Shown in pieces: positions 11,276 to 22,529 of a stretch of DNA of 64,000 nt. Numbering within the stretch: position 1 is the stretch's first letter; each line of letters begins with the position of its first letter. The position numbers were made by a program, and so were the translations under genes. Origin of the DNA: Lentisphaerae bacterium ADurb.Bin082 (GTDB taxonomy: Bacteria; Verrucomicrobiota; Lentisphaeria; Oligosphaerales; Oligosphaeraceae); assembly GCA_002070945.1 (NCBI GenBank), contig MWEG01000093.1:4366-68365 (forward strand), read 5' to 3'. Under the pieces are notes generated by a model that was given only the letters and a program-made list of their open reading frames with translations, was not told where the DNA came from and did not search any database.

Positions 11276-12412
11276 TCAATTGTCCAGAATATAGCGCACT
11301 TTCTGCGCCAGGTCGCGCATGGAATACGGCTTGCGGAGGAATCCGCGTGCGCCGGCGTGGAGCACGTCCTGGGTGTCGGCCTCAGAGACGAACCCGCTGG
11401 ACAGCAGCACCTTGACGTTCGGGTCAATGTCCTTAAGGATGAAGAAGGCTTCGCGGGCGTTCATTTCCGGCATGACCATATCAAGCAGGACGAGGGCGAT
11501 CTGGCCGGGGTTGTTGCGATAGATGTCAACCGCTTCCCGGCCGTTGGAAGCGAGGAGGACGGTGTAGCCGAGCGTTTTGAGCATGTTGCTGATCACGTCC
11601 CAGATCATGTCTTCGTCGTCCACTAGGAGGATGGTTTCTTTACTGCTACTGGCAACAGGTTTCAGCGTTGCTTCCTGGCTGGGCGGCGGTTGCTCCAAGA
11701 TCATAGCTATGCCCCGCTGAGGCCCGTTCCGGTGCAGGAAGAGGTCGCCGTGATGGATTTTGGCGACGCCGAGCCAATGCAGCATGTTCAGGTCGGGGTT
11801 GGGCTTTGGCGGCGTAGTCAGGGCTTCCGCAGCAGCGATGTAGTCTTCCAAGGCCAGGCGTTCGACGGTGATTCCGATGACGGAATAGTCGCCCGGGTTA
11901 CATTCGCTGCGCAGGACAGTGAAGTTGTTGCGGGTGAACGGCACGCTGCCGCCGGCGAGGCGGATGGCACCGCCCGGCGGCAGCTGGGCGGTCAGCCAGA
12001 GAATGATGTCAATCACCGCCTGCTGCAGCTGGTAGGGATCAGCGTAGATGGTATGGTCGCTCTTGACAGACATTTCTAAGGGAATTGGCGTCGGCGAGAG
12101 TTTCTGGCATTGGTCAGCGATGCCCTCCAGGATCGGGCGCAGTGCCAGGTTTTCGCGGATGGAATCGACCATGAAATCCGGCACGATGGCTTCCGACCAT
12201 TGTTGCAGCTGGGTGGTGATGACGCCGGCGTTGCGGATGAAATCCCGGGTTGACTGATTGAGGCTGCGGGCGGCGTCGTCAACCAGGTCATGATAGGCCA
12301 TCAGTTGCCGGGCGCCATGACGCATGACGTAGGCGTAGCCGAGCGTCAGGGCGAGGAAATCCCTGGCTTGGCTGAGGTCGCCGCGAATGAGGTCAGTGAA
12401 GTTGGGTGGCAT
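11276..12412 (-). CDS. Response-regulator receiver domain protein with an N-terminal degenerate histidine-kinase-like (pseudo-HATPase) region
   Basis: C-terminal REC domain: KETILLVDDEDMIWDVISNMLKTLGYTVLLASNGREAV...ALVLLDMVMPEMN...KVLLSSG. The N-terminal ~250 aa contain a kinase-like N-box region, PYQLQQAVIDIILWLTAQL, in which the conserved Asn residues are replaced. I see no clear H-box or G1/G2 boxes. Confidence 0.75.
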   Translation of the reverse strand: MPPNFTDLIRGDLSQARDFLALTLGYAYVMRHGARQLMAYHDLVDDAARSLNQSTRDFIRNAGVITTQLQQWSEAIVPDFMVDSIRENLALRPILEGIADQCQKLSPTPIPLEMSVKSDHTIYADPYQLQQAVIDIILWLTAQLPPGGAIRLAGGSVPFTRNNFTVLRSECNPGDYSVIGITVERLALEDYIAAAEALTTPPKPNPDLNMLHWLGVAKIHHGDLFLHRNGPQRGIAMILEQPPPSQEATLKPVASSSKETILLVDDEDMIWDVISNMLKTLGYTVLLASNGREAVDIYRNNPGQIALVLLDMVMPEMNAREAFFILKDIDPNVKVLLSSGFVSEADTQDVLHAGARGFLRKPYSMRDLAQKVRYILDN

Positions 12413-12461
12413 GGCAGGAAGGGGGTGGTTGGGAATCTGTTAGTTTAGGGAGTGCGGGAGG

Positions 12462-14357
12462 TCAGGCAGGAAAGGGAGGTTTCGACTGGGGAGACGCCGG
12501 AGGACGCGCGAGCAGACCATGAATCGTTTCAGCGATGCCGGCTGTGGTGAGGGAGAAGCGTTGTCGCAGGTAGGCGACCGGGCCATTGGGAAGGACGGCC
12601 CGGGGCCAGCCGAGCTTGACGATGCGGGCGTCAGGGACATCGGCCAGGCTGTCGCGGGCGATCGAGCCGAAGCCCCCTTCCACGCAATGGTCTTCGAGGG
12701 TGACGACCGTCATGCCGTCGTTGAGTTGGCGGCGCATCAGGTCAGCGTCAAAGGGGATGGTGAAGCGGGCGTTCACGACCGTGATGGCGATGCCCTGCGT
12801 CCGCAGAAGTTCGGCGGCCTGCAATGCGACCGCAGCTTCGCGGCCGACAGCCCAGAGCGCAATTGGGGCGCTGCCGGATTCGAGTGTTTCGGCTTTGCCC
12901 CATTCGAGGGGATGGTGCTGGGCAGTCACCGGGGCGGCGTTTCCGGCTGGATAGCGGATGACCACGGGGTGGCGGCGCGTGACCGCCAGGCGGAGCATGG
13001 CTGCCAAGTCGTCCTGATCGGCAGGCTGGAGTACGGCGAGGTTGGGGCAGGCTCGCCAGAAGGCGACATCCTGGATGCCGTGGTGGGTCGGGCCGTCGGC
13101 GACGACGCCGGCTCGGTCCAGGCAGAAGATGACCGGGAGTTCCTGGAGGCAGGCATCGTGGAAGACGTAGTCTGCGGCTCGCTGGCTGAAGCTGGCGTAG
13201 ACGGCCATGACCGGCCGCTGGCCGGCCGCAGCCAGGCCGGATGCAAAGGCGGCTGCATGCGCTTCGGCGATGCCGACGTCATAGAAGGCGTTGGGAAAAG
13301 CCTTGGCAAATTCATGCAGGCCAGTGCCCTCCGGCATGCCGGCCGTGATGGCGACGATGCGCTGGTCTTCCTGGTGGAGCGTGCGCAGGGTTTTGCCGAG
13401 GGCTGTCGAGAAAGTCGCTTTCGGCGTTGGCTGCAGCAGGTCGCCGTTATGCGGGTCGAAAGGCGCGGTGCCGTGGAAGCAGGTGGGTTTTTTTTCGGCG
13501 AAATGGCAGCCTTTGCCTTTGACGGTCAGGACGTGTACGAGGCGGGGGCCGTGCAGATGGCTGACTCGACGCAGGGTGGCGGTCAATTGGGGCAAGTCAT
13601 GGCCATCGAGCGGCCCGATGTAGCGCAAACCGAGTTCTTCGAAAAAGGCGGTTGGCAGGAAGAGCTGCTTGGCCGCGCTGTCCAGGCGGCTGATCCAGGT
13701 ACGAAGGCGCGGGCCGATCATGGGGATGCGCTGAACCGCGCTGGCGCAGAAGACTTTGAACCGATTGTAGCTACGTCCAGAGATGACCCGGCTGAGGCAA
13801 CGGGAGAGCGCCCCGACATTGGGGGAGATCGACATCTTGTTGTCGTTGAGGATTAAGATGAAGTCGCGGGTGGTGACGGCGATGTTGTTGATGGCCTCAA
13901 GCGAGGAGCCGCAGCCGAGAGCGCCATCGCCGAGAATGGCCACGACCTTGCCGTTGCCGCCGGTGCGGTCGCGGGCGGCGGCATAGCCCAGAGCGGCGGA
14001 GACTGCGGTGCCGGAATGGCCGACGCCGAAATGGTCGAACGGGCTTTCTGCGCGGTTGGGAAAGCCGGTGCAGCCGTCGGCCTGGCGCAGTTTCCGGAAT
14101 GCGTCCAGGCGTCCGGTCAGCATTTTGTGCACGTACGACTGGTGGCCGGTGTCGAAGATGATGATATCTTTGCGGACGTCGAAGACGCAGTGCAAGGCCA
14201 CGGTCAGCTCGACGACGCCAAGGTTCGAGGCAAGGTGCCCGCCCTGCTTAGCGACCGTGGCGATGAGTTCTGCGCGGATTTCCTCGACCAAGGCCGGGAG
14301 CTGGTCGGCGGGGAGGGCGCGCAGGTCGTCCGGTGATGTGATGTCGGCGATGCTCAT
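12462..14357 (-). CDS. dxs: 1-deoxy-D-xylulose-5-phosphate synthase
   Basis: 631 aa. Motifs GHSGTAVSAALG, GDGALGCGSSLEAINN (TPP motif) and AEAHAAAFASGLA, with a transketolase-like three-domain layout. Confidence 0.95.
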   Translation of the reverse strand: MSIADITSPDDLRALPADQLPALVEEIRAELIATVAKQGGHLASNLGVVELTVALHCVFDVRKDIIIFDTGHQSYVHKMLTGRLDAFRKLRQADGCTGFPNRAESPFDHFGVGHSGTAVSAALGYAAARDRTGGNGKVVAILGDGALGCGSSLEAINNIAVTTRDFILILNDNKMSISPNVGALSRCLSRVISGRSYNRFKVFCASAVQRIPMIGPRLRTWISRLDSAAKQLFLPTAFFEELGLRYIGPLDGHDLPQLTATLRRVSHLHGPRLVHVLTVKGKGCHFAEKKPTCFHGTAPFDPHNGDLLQPTPKATFSTALGKTLRTLHQEDQRIVAITAGMPEGTGLHEFAKAFPNAFYDVGIAEAHAAAFASGLAAAGQRPVMAVYASFSQRAADYVFHDACLQELPVIFCLDRAGVVADGPTHHGIQDVAFWRACPNLAVLQPADQDDLAAMLRLAVTRRHPVVIRYPAGNAAPVTAQHHPLEWGKAETLESGSAPIALWAVGREAAVALQAAELLRTQGIAITVVNARFTIPFDADLMRRQLNDGMTVVTLEDHCVEGGFGSIARDSLADVPDARIVKLGWPRAVLPNGPVAYLRQRFSLTTAGIAETIHGLLARPPASPQSKPPFPA

Positions 14358-14440
14358 AGAGGGGACTCAAGGCGGCTGAATGTGGGCTGCCGGCCGTCGT
14401 CCGGGCGACTTGGTCGTCCGGACGACGGCGAGTAGGCGGT

Positions 14441-15583
14441 TCAGACTTTCCTGGCGCCGTCGACAAAGACGGCCGTGACCCTGAAGTCGTCGTCAAGAAC
14501 GGCCAGGTCAGCGACATAGCCCGGCTCGATTTTGCCCAGGTCTTTCAGGCCGAGCGAGATTGCCTGGTTGAGGGAGGTGGTCTTGATCAGCTTCGACAGC
14601 GGCATGCCGGTCACTTCCGCAATGTTCTTGAGGGCGTTGTTGAATTGCAGCGTGCTTCCTGCCAGGGCGCCGTTGGCGGCCAGGCGGGCGGCGCCTTCGG
14701 AAACCACGACGGCGAGGCCGCCGAGCTGGTAGTTGCCGTCAGCCAGGCCGGTCGCTTCCATGGCGTCGGTGATGATGATGATTTTGTCAATCGGCTTGAC
14801 TTTGAAGGCCAGGCGGATCATGTCTGGGCAGAGGTGGATTTTGTCGCAGATCATTTCGATGGCGACGTCATCCTGGTAGAGGCCGAGTCCAACCAGGCCG
14901 ATTTCGCGATGGTGGAGCTTGGTCATCTGGTTGCAGAAGTGGGTGAGGCGCTTGAGTCCGCGCTGGCGGCCCTGTTCGAATTGCGCGAAGGTCGCGTTGG
15001 TATGGCCGCAGGACGGGCAGATGCCGGCTGCGCAGAGCTGTTCGGTGAACTCCAGGCTGCCAGGCATTTCGACCGCGTAGGTCACAAAGGACACTGGGGA
15101 GATTTTGTTGAGGTTCAGCACTTCCTTGATATCGGCCTTGCGCAGAAAGGCCGGATTCTGGGCGCCTATGCATTCCGGGTTGATGTAGGGGCCTTCCAGG
15201 TGCGTGCCGATGACCTTGGAGAAGGCCGGTTTCTGGCGGTATGCCTCGATGTTTTTCAGGCTGGCAGCCAATTTTTCCTGGGGCAGGGTGAGGGTGGTCG
15301 GGCAGATGGAGGTGACGCCTTCCTTCAGCTTCGCCTCGGCGACGATGCTGATGGCTTTGGGGTCGTCGCTGGTGGTTTCATAGCCCATGCCGCCATGGAA
15401 ATGGGTGTCGATGAAGCCAGGTACGACCATTTGGCCTTTGGCGTCAAAGACGTGGTCAGCGGCTGGCTTGGCGTCTTGAGGCCGGAACACTTTCTTGATG
15501 CGGTCGCCGTCCAGGAGGATGGCGGCCTGGCGCAGGTCGACGTCAGGGGAGATGAGATGGGCGTTGGTGATGAGGGTGGTCAT
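14441..15583 (-). CDS. nagA: N-acetylglucosamine-6-phosphate deacetylase
   Basis: 380 aa. Amidohydrolase motifs PGFIDTHFHGGMG, THLEGPYI and ITDAMEATG. Confidence 0.9.
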   Translation of the reverse strand: MTTLITNAHLISPDVDLRQAAILLDGDRIKKVFRPQDAKPAADHVFDAKGQMVVPGFIDTHFHGGMGYETTSDDPKAISIVAEAKLKEGVTSICPTTLTLPQEKLAASLKNIEAYRQKPAFSKVIGTHLEGPYINPECIGAQNPAFLRKADIKEVLNLNKISPVSFVTYAVEMPGSLEFTEQLCAAGICPSCGHTNATFAQFEQGRQRGLKRLTHFCNQMTKLHHREIGLVGLGLYQDDVAIEMICDKIHLCPDMIRLAFKVKPIDKIIIITDAMEATGLADGNYQLGGLAVVVSEGAARLAANGALAGSTLQFNNALKNIAEVTGMPLSKLIKTTSLNQAISLGLKDLGKIEPGYVADLAVLDDDFRVTAVFVDGARKV

Positions 15584-15682
15584 GAGGCAGTCCTTATGAT
15601 TGCTGGTGAGGGAAAGACGCTGTCCAGGCAGGGGGAACCCGTGGGCAGCAAGGTCATTGACACCGGTGAAAGGTGGTTTGTT

Positions 15683-17599
15683 TCACAGTTCGGGCAGATC
15701 ATGGGCCTTGGGGAGGATGATGATGAAGGCGCTGCCTTGGCCGGGTTCGCTGTTGACATTGATCCAGCCGCGGTGGTTGGTGATGCAGCCGTAGGCCATG
15801 GCCAAGCCCATGCCGGTGCCGTGACCCGGCGGCTTGGTGGTGAAGAAGGGTTCGAAGATATGCTCCTTGACCTGCGGCGGCATGCCGCAGCCATTGTCCC
15901 GAATCGTGACCGAGATGAAATCCGTTGCGCGGTTCCCGCGAAACGGGCAGGTCTTCCATTCCGGCATGTCGGCGCGGACGGTTTCCACCCGGATGACGAT
16001 GGTCTTCTCGCCCTCTTTGTCCGCCAGGGCATCTTTAGCGTTGATGAGCAGGTTGAGGATGACTTGCTGCAGTTGGGTGAGATCGCCCTTGATCAGGAGA
16101 GGCGTAGGCTCGATGATGATTTTTATGTCGATGTCTTTGGCGCCGGACTGGAAGAATTTCTCCGCCTGCTGGATCAGGTCGCCCAAGTCGAGGATTTCCG
16201 CCTGGAATTTGCCTTTGCGTGCGAATCCGAGCAGTTGGCTGGTCAATCCAGAGGCTCGTTTGCTGGCTTCCTCGATGTTTCCAAGCATGGCTTTCGCCGG
16301 TATCGGCATAGTTTGCCGGTTGAGCATTTCGATGTTGGCCTGGACGGTGTGCAAGAGGTTGTTGAAGTCATGGGCGATGCCGCCGGCGAGGATGCCGATG
16401 GCTTCCATGCGTTGGGAGTGCATGAGCTGTTCTTCCAGTTGTTGGCGCTCCAGTTCGCGGGCGCGCTGGGCTGTGGTGTCGTGGACGATGAGCAGCGCCA
16501 TGTCGTTCTCATTGACCACGGCGTGAGAAAGATTGAAACTGACGTTCATGACTTTGCGGTCGGGCAGGCAGAGGAGCATGTCTGGATAGGTGTTGATACG
16601 CTGGCCGCTGTCGTTGGACAGCAGTTTCCGCCAGGCTTCCGGCCAGAGGAAGGGGCGCCCTTCGGCGTCGGTGATCAGGTCAGCCAAGGCGAATTTAGGC
16701 TTGTTTAGGAGCGTGCCGAAGGTGTTGGCGGCGGCAGTGTTGGCGTTGAGGATGACTCCCTGCGCGTCCAGCAGGAAGATCAATTCGCCGCTGTTTTCGA
16801 ACACCGCTTGGTAGCGATCAGCCCATTCGAGCACGGACTGGCGCATTTGGCTGGTGCTGCGGAAGTGCCCGAACAAGGATGAGATGAATCCAAACGGCAG
16901 GCGTCTTTCGACCCGGAGCATTTTCCCGAGGGTGAGATAGATGTTGGCCAGGAGGCAGACCCAGAGGACGGCGAACATCCGGCCCAGCCAGAGCCTCCAG
17001 GAATGGCCGACGAACGCATCCGAGTCAAACAGCCGCAGAAACTGGTTGCTGACGGCGAGGAAGAAGCAGATGGGGAGAAAGAGACAGAAGATGATGGGCA
17101 CGCCGCGGTTGCGGAGGATTTGATAGAAGGTGGGCAGGAAGAGAAACAAGGTCAGGTGCAGGAAGGTCATGGCCAGCAGCAGACGCTGCATCTTGACGCC
17201 GCTGCTGAGGGACAGTGCCAGCGCGTCCGTGCCGATGTCTGCGCTTAGGTTGAATTGGCCGACGAATAGTTGGATGATGTAGAAGGAGACGAGGGATAGG
17301 ACGAGGAGTCCGAAGACCGTGCGCTGCGCTTCCTGTGCGCCTTCGCTCTCGTAGATGATGAGGAACATCAGTAGCACGGGCACGAGGGCGAGCGCATAGA
17401 CGAGCGATCCGAACCTGCCCGGGTCTTGGAAGACCTGGGTGATTTTCGGCATCAGGGCGACTTGGCCGAGCATGAAGAAGCTTCCCATCACCAGATAAAG
17501 GGGGATAACCCCGAGAATCCGGCGCAGGGAGTGCAGCATCATGGCAAACACGGTCAGGGAAGTCAGCTCAAGCAGGGATATGATGTATTCGGCAAACAT
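15683..17599 (-). CDS. Membrane sensor histidine kinase (multi-TM N-terminus, PAS domain, HisKA + HATPase_c)
   Basis: About 6 predicted TM helices in the first ~230 aa. PAS-like region (YQAVFENSGELIFLLDAQGVILNAN). H-box MEAIGILAGGIAHDFNNLL, N-box QQVILNLLINAKDA, G1 IRDNGCGM and G2 GHGTGMGLA. Confidence 0.9.
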   Translation of the reverse strand: MFAEYIISLLELTSLTVFAMMLHSLRRILGVIPLYLVMGSFFMLGQVALMPKITQVFQDPGRFGSLVYALALVPVLLMFLIIYESEGAQEAQRTVFGLLVLSLVSFYIIQLFVGQFNLSADIGTDALALSLSSGVKMQRLLLAMTFLHLTLFLFLPTFYQILRNRGVPIIFCLFLPICFFLAVSNQFLRLFDSDAFVGHSWRLWLGRMFAVLWVCLLANIYLTLGKMLRVERRLPFGFISSLFGHFRSTSQMRQSVLEWADRYQAVFENSGELIFLLDAQGVILNANTAAANTFGTLLNKPKFALADLITDAEGRPFLWPEAWRKLLSNDSGQRINTYPDMLLCLPDRKVMNVSFNLSHAVVNENDMALLIVHDTTAQRARELERQQLEEQLMHSQRMEAIGILAGGIAHDFNNLLHTVQANIEMLNRQTMPIPAKAMLGNIEEASKRASGLTSQLLGFARKGKFQAEILDLGDLIQQAEKFFQSGAKDIDIKIIIEPTPLLIKGDLTQLQQVILNLLINAKDALADKEGEKTIVIRVETVRADMPEWKTCPFRGNRATDFISVTIRDNGCGMPPQVKEHIFEPFFTTKPPGHGTGMGLAMAYGCITNHRGWINVNSEPGQGSAFIIILPKAHDLPEL

Positions 17600-17640
17600 A
17601 AGCGCATGGTTCCACGTGGTTGAGTGCCTGCTGCAAAATA

Positions 17641-18840
<1,200 letters not shown>

Positions 18841-18900
18841 GGCGACCTCTCTATGCAAGGGGGTGGCGGCGGGCGGCCAGGCAGGCGCTCTAGGTCGGAC

Positions 18901-21528
18901 TCAGTCCTTGCCGGCCGTCATAGCTTTCAGGGCGCGGTAATTGGCCTTGCCCGTGCCCAGAAGAGGTATTTCTTTGACTTTGATGACGTTGCGTATGCTG
19001 TGAATGGGTGACAGGCCAGCTTCACGCAGCTGGTGATTGACGGTTTCTCGGTTGAGGTCGAGCACGGTGAACAAGGTGATGTTCGGCTGCTCCTCGGTGC
19101 CGATCGCTTCTATCGCCAGCGGCAGGGGAATCTCCTCGGTGCGGTGAATCTCCAGGAGAATCTCTTCAATCGCCGGCAGAGAGACCATCTCGCCGCCGAT
19201 TTTGACGAATCGCTTCAGGCGGCCCTTGAAGGTGATGTAGCCGTCAGGGTCGGCAGCGACTAAGTCGCCGGTGCGGTACCATGCTTTGCCGTCGATGGTC
19301 ACAAACGGCGATGGGCCGTCATAGTTCAGGTAGCCGCCGAAAACGCTGGGGCCGCGGAGATGGAGCATGCCGGTCTGTCCGTGCGGAACCGGCTTGTTCT
19401 GCTCGTCGGTGACGAGCCATTCCAGGCAGTTGATGATCTTGCCGATAGTGCCCGGGCGGGACGTGAACTGCTCGTTGAGCGCCACCACCGGAGAGCATTC
19501 CGTAATCCCGTAGCCTTCCAGGAAGACGGCCTGCGGGCATTTTTCCTTGAACAGCGCCTCAGTGGCGTCCGGGCATTTCTCAGCCCCGGAGATGGCCATG
19601 CGCAGCGATTGCAGCTGCGCCGCAGTGCCTTGGCGGAGGATGCCGCCGATGAAGGTCGGGGTGCCGACGACCATCGTGATGCGGTAGGCGGCGATCAGGC
19701 GCGCCAGCATGTTGCCTTCGGTTGGATTGGCGTGGTAGACGATGCGGAGGCTGGCCGTTGCCGGCATCAGGCATGCCATCAACAGCCCAAACGAATGGAA
19801 GGGCGGGAGCATTCCAAGCGAGCAGTCGTCTTGGCGCAAGTTGAGCGCCAGCATGGCTGAGGCAATGTCAGTGATGACGTTCTGGTGGGTGAGGGGGACG
19901 GTTTTCGGCAGGTTTTCGGAACCGCTGGTGAAGATGATCGCGGCTAGTTCCGGCACGGGCGCCCGCCGCAGGCTGCGCCAGCAGAACCGGCTGGCCAGCA
20001 GCGCGCCGAGCTTCCGGGGCAGGGAGAGGCTGGCGCCGATGTCTTCCAGGTAGACAAAAGAGTCCTTGACGCCGGTGAAGTCAGTGCCGCGGCCTTCAAG
20101 CCGCTCAATGACCAGCGACGAGGTGACGATGTGCTTCACGCCGGCGTTGTCCAGGCAGTGGCGCATGTTCCGGATGCCGACGGTCCAGTTGATCATGACC
20201 GGGATTTTGCCGGCGAACAGCGTTGCTAAATAGGCGATGTTGACGGCGGCGCAGGCGGGCATGAGGATGCCGACGCGGTCGCCGGGGAGCTTGGCTAAGG
20301 ACGGTCGCAACGCCATGATGCTGAGGATGATCTTGCGGTGAGAGAAGATGCCGCGAGCCTGGTCGGCGAGAATCACATAGTTGGGCCGGGCCGCAGCATT
20401 GCGCAGGAAGAGGTCGGTGACGCGCTCGCCGCTGGGCGGTTCCAGGGGGCGATTGTCCTCCTTGATGAACCATTTCGGGGGAATAGGCAGGAGCGGCTCA
20501 ATGCTGCTGCTTTCGCCGATGGCGGCCAGCAGCAAGCTGCCGACCGTGCGCAGAGTTTCCGGGCTGTTGACGGCGTGGCCGAATTCGTCCTGAATCCAGG
20601 CTTGCAGTTCGGCGACCATGAGGCTGTCGAGGGCGAGGTCAGTGCCGAGGGTGTCGGTTTCCTTGAGAATGCGCTTGTTAGTGATTTCGTGGAGCTTGTC
20701 ATACACGACGCGGCGGACTTCCTCGGGCACGTTCCTGGTGTCGATAGGGGTATTGGTCGTCTCCGGCTCTGGCAGACGGCGGGAGCCGCCGTGTTCCCAC
20801 CAATAGTACGGCACGTAGGTGTTGGCCGGGGCGTCCTCGTTGTAGAAATCCTCCAGCCAGCGGTTGATCACTTCCTTGTCACCCGTGCGTGGAAAGTCCT
20901 CTGGCAGTTCATGGAATTCGACGCTGACGTCCCGGCGTGGGCCGAAGAATATCCCGTTGGCCAGGAGATGCTTGACATGGCTTAGCAGAGTTTCTGGGAA
21001 GGGCGTCTGATAGCCTTTGCCGCGGCCAAACGAGCTGCCCCAGAGTCCGCGGGTGCGCACCAGCACGATACGTACCTCTGGATAGCACTCCAGGATGCGG
21101 GCGACGCCGCCGTTGCCGCGCAGTTTCTCGAAACGGCTGCGGTAGATGCGGCCAGCCGGGTAGAACAGCAGGTTGTCGCCCTGCTTGAGAGCGTCAGCGC
21201 AGACGTTGATTTGCTGGACGACCTTTTCATGCCCGGCCTTGCCAGCGATGCCAATGTCAGGCAGTGAGAGCATGCGCAGGCTCGTTTGCAGATACTTGAG
21301 AATGGTGGTGCGGATTTGCTTTTCGTCAACCAGGGAGCGAGGACGGAATTTCTGGAACAGGATGGCATTGATGATGATTGGGTCGATCAAGGCCGGGTGG
21401 TTAGGCAGAAAAAGCACGCCGCGTCGGCCTTTGGCGAGGCATTCCTCGTAGCCGTGGACGCGGATGCGGTAGCGGAGAGGAAGGAGGAGTCTGACGAGCA
21501 AGTACAGGAGATAGAGGAGAATCTTCAT
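18901..21528 (-). CDS. Aas-like tri-domain enzyme: PlsC-type acyltransferase + carrier (PP-binding-like) domain + AMP-dependent acyl ligase
   Basis: ORF 18901..21681 trimmed to ATG 21528 (MKILLYLLYLLVRLL TM segment), which removes the overlap with prmC. Acyltransferase motif LPNHPALIDP. Carrier-like LGTDLALDSLMVAELQAWI. Adenylation motifs FTSGSENLPKTVPLTH, GYGITECSP, YRTGDLV and GRLKRFVKIGGEMVS. Confidence 0.8.
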   Translation of the reverse strand: MKILLYLLYLLVRLLLPLRYRIRVHGYEECLAKGRRGVLFLPNHPALIDPIIINAILFQKFRPRSLVDEKQIRTTILKYLQTSLRMLSLPDIGIAGKAGHEKVVQQINVCADALKQGDNLLFYPAGRIYRSRFEKLRGNGGVARILECYPEVRIVLVRTRGLWGSSFGRGKGYQTPFPETLLSHVKHLLANGIFFGPRRDVSVEFHELPEDFPRTGDKEVINRWLEDFYNEDAPANTYVPYYWWEHGGSRRLPEPETTNTPIDTRNVPEEVRRVVYDKLHEITNKRILKETDTLGTDLALDSLMVAELQAWIQDEFGHAVNSPETLRTVGSLLLAAIGESSSIEPLLPIPPKWFIKEDNRPLEPPSGERVTDLFLRNAAARPNYVILADQARGIFSHRKIILSIMALRPSLAKLPGDRVGILMPACAAVNIAYLATLFAGKIPVMINWTVGIRNMRHCLDNAGVKHIVTSSLVIERLEGRGTDFTGVKDSFVYLEDIGASLSLPRKLGALLASRFCWRSLRRAPVPELAAIIFTSGSENLPKTVPLTHQNVITDIASAMLALNLRQDDCSLGMLPPFHSFGLLMACLMPATASLRIVYHANPTEGNMLARLIAAYRITMVVGTPTFIGGILRQGTAAQLQSLRMAISGAEKCPDATEALFKEKCPQAVFLEGYGITECSPVVALNEQFTSRPGTIGKIINCLEWLVTDEQNKPVPHGQTGMLHLRGPSVFGGYLNYDGPSPFVTIDGKAWYRTGDLVAADPDGYITFKGRLKRFVKIGGEMVSLPAIEEILLEIHRTEEIPLPLAIEAIGTEEQPNITLFTVLDLNRETVNHQLREAGLSPIHSIRNVIKVKEIPLLGTGKANYRALKAMTAGKD

Positions 21529-21542
21529 GGCGTTCTTTGGTG

Positions 21543-22379
21543 TTAGGCGGGTTGTTGGGCGATGGCGAAACGGTCGCGACCGGCAAAGTCGCGTCTGATG
21601 TCGACGTTCTGGTAGCCTTGGCGGCGGAAATGTTCTTTGAGCGGCGGTCCTTGCGTATCGCCGATTTCGCAGACCAGCCATGCTCCCGGGTTCAGGCGTG
21701 TGCGAGCGTCGCAGGCCAGGCGTTTGATGATGGCCTGGCCGTGGTCGTGGGCGATGAGCGCTTCCGGCGGCTCATGGTCTTTGATGGTGCTATCCAGGCG
21801 CGTATATTCGTCCGGAGCGATGTAGGGTGGGTTGGCAGTAATGAGGGCGAAGCGGGCGGCGGGAGGTATCGGCGCCAGCAGGTCGCCCTGGTGGAAGGCG
21901 ACGTTGGCCAGCTGCAAGCGGCTGGCGTTCTGCCGGGCCCAGGCCAACGCACGGGCTGAAATGTCGGTAGCCGTGACTTTGGCCTGGGGGAAAGTCTTAG
22001 CCAAGGCGATGGCGATGGCACCAGAGCCGGTGCAGGCATCGCAGATTTCGCCGTCTCCAGGATAGAGGCCGATGGCGATTTCGACCAGCTGTTCCGTTTC
22101 CGGCCTGGGGATGAGGACGCCGGGGCCGATGTCAAGCTGCACGCAATGGAAATCCACGTTGCCCATGATATATTGCAGGGGTTCGCCGGCAACTCGTCGG
22201 TTCAGGCGCGAACGCAGCAGCTCTTCCTGCTCGGGCGTCAGGCCGTCGTCAGAACGACGTGACTGGCCTGCGCTGGCCTCGAGAATCTGATTCAAGAGCC
22301 AGCGGGCTTCTTGGCGGGCATTGGCAATGCCGCCGTCCTGGAGCGTGCGGATGGCTTCGGCGAGAATCGATGCAGTCAT
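21543..22379 (-). CDS. prmC: Release-factor glutamine N5-methyltransferase PrmC/HemK
   Basis: ORF 21543..22433 starts at a TTG; ATG 22379 (MTASILAEAIRTLQDGG) is preferred. SAM-binding motif ICDACTGSGAIAIALA and catalytic motif ITANPPYI (NPPY). Confidence 0.88.
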   Translation of the reverse strand: MTASILAEAIRTLQDGGIANARQEARWLLNQILEASAGQSRRSDDGLTPEQEELLRSRLNRRVAGEPLQYIMGNVDFHCVQLDIGPGVLIPRPETEQLVEIAIGLYPGDGEICDACTGSGAIAIALAKTFPQAKVTATDISARALAWARQNASRLQLANVAFHQGDLLAPIPPAARFALITANPPYIAPDEYTRLDSTIKDHEPPEALIAHDHGQAIIKRLACDARTRLNPGAWLVCEIGDTQGPPLKEHFRRQGYQNVDIRRDFAGRDRFAIAQQPA

Positions 22380-22529
22380 GGTGGTTGAGAGTGCTGGAAA
22401 CGGCGTCGTGAGGGTGGATAAGGCCCTGGTCAAAGCTGGCGGCGCGGAGCCTGAAGGTGGCGTTTATTGCCTTGGCGAAAACTTAATGCCATAAAGAATG
22501 AAGTCAACTTGAAAGGGTGATGATTGGTC

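Noticed and set aside
14645-16708. 687-aa + strand ORF spanning nagA and the histidine kinase on the opposite strand
   Set aside because: It crosses an intergenic gap between two confidently identified minus-strand genes and has shadow-ORF composition. A real gene would not overlap both.
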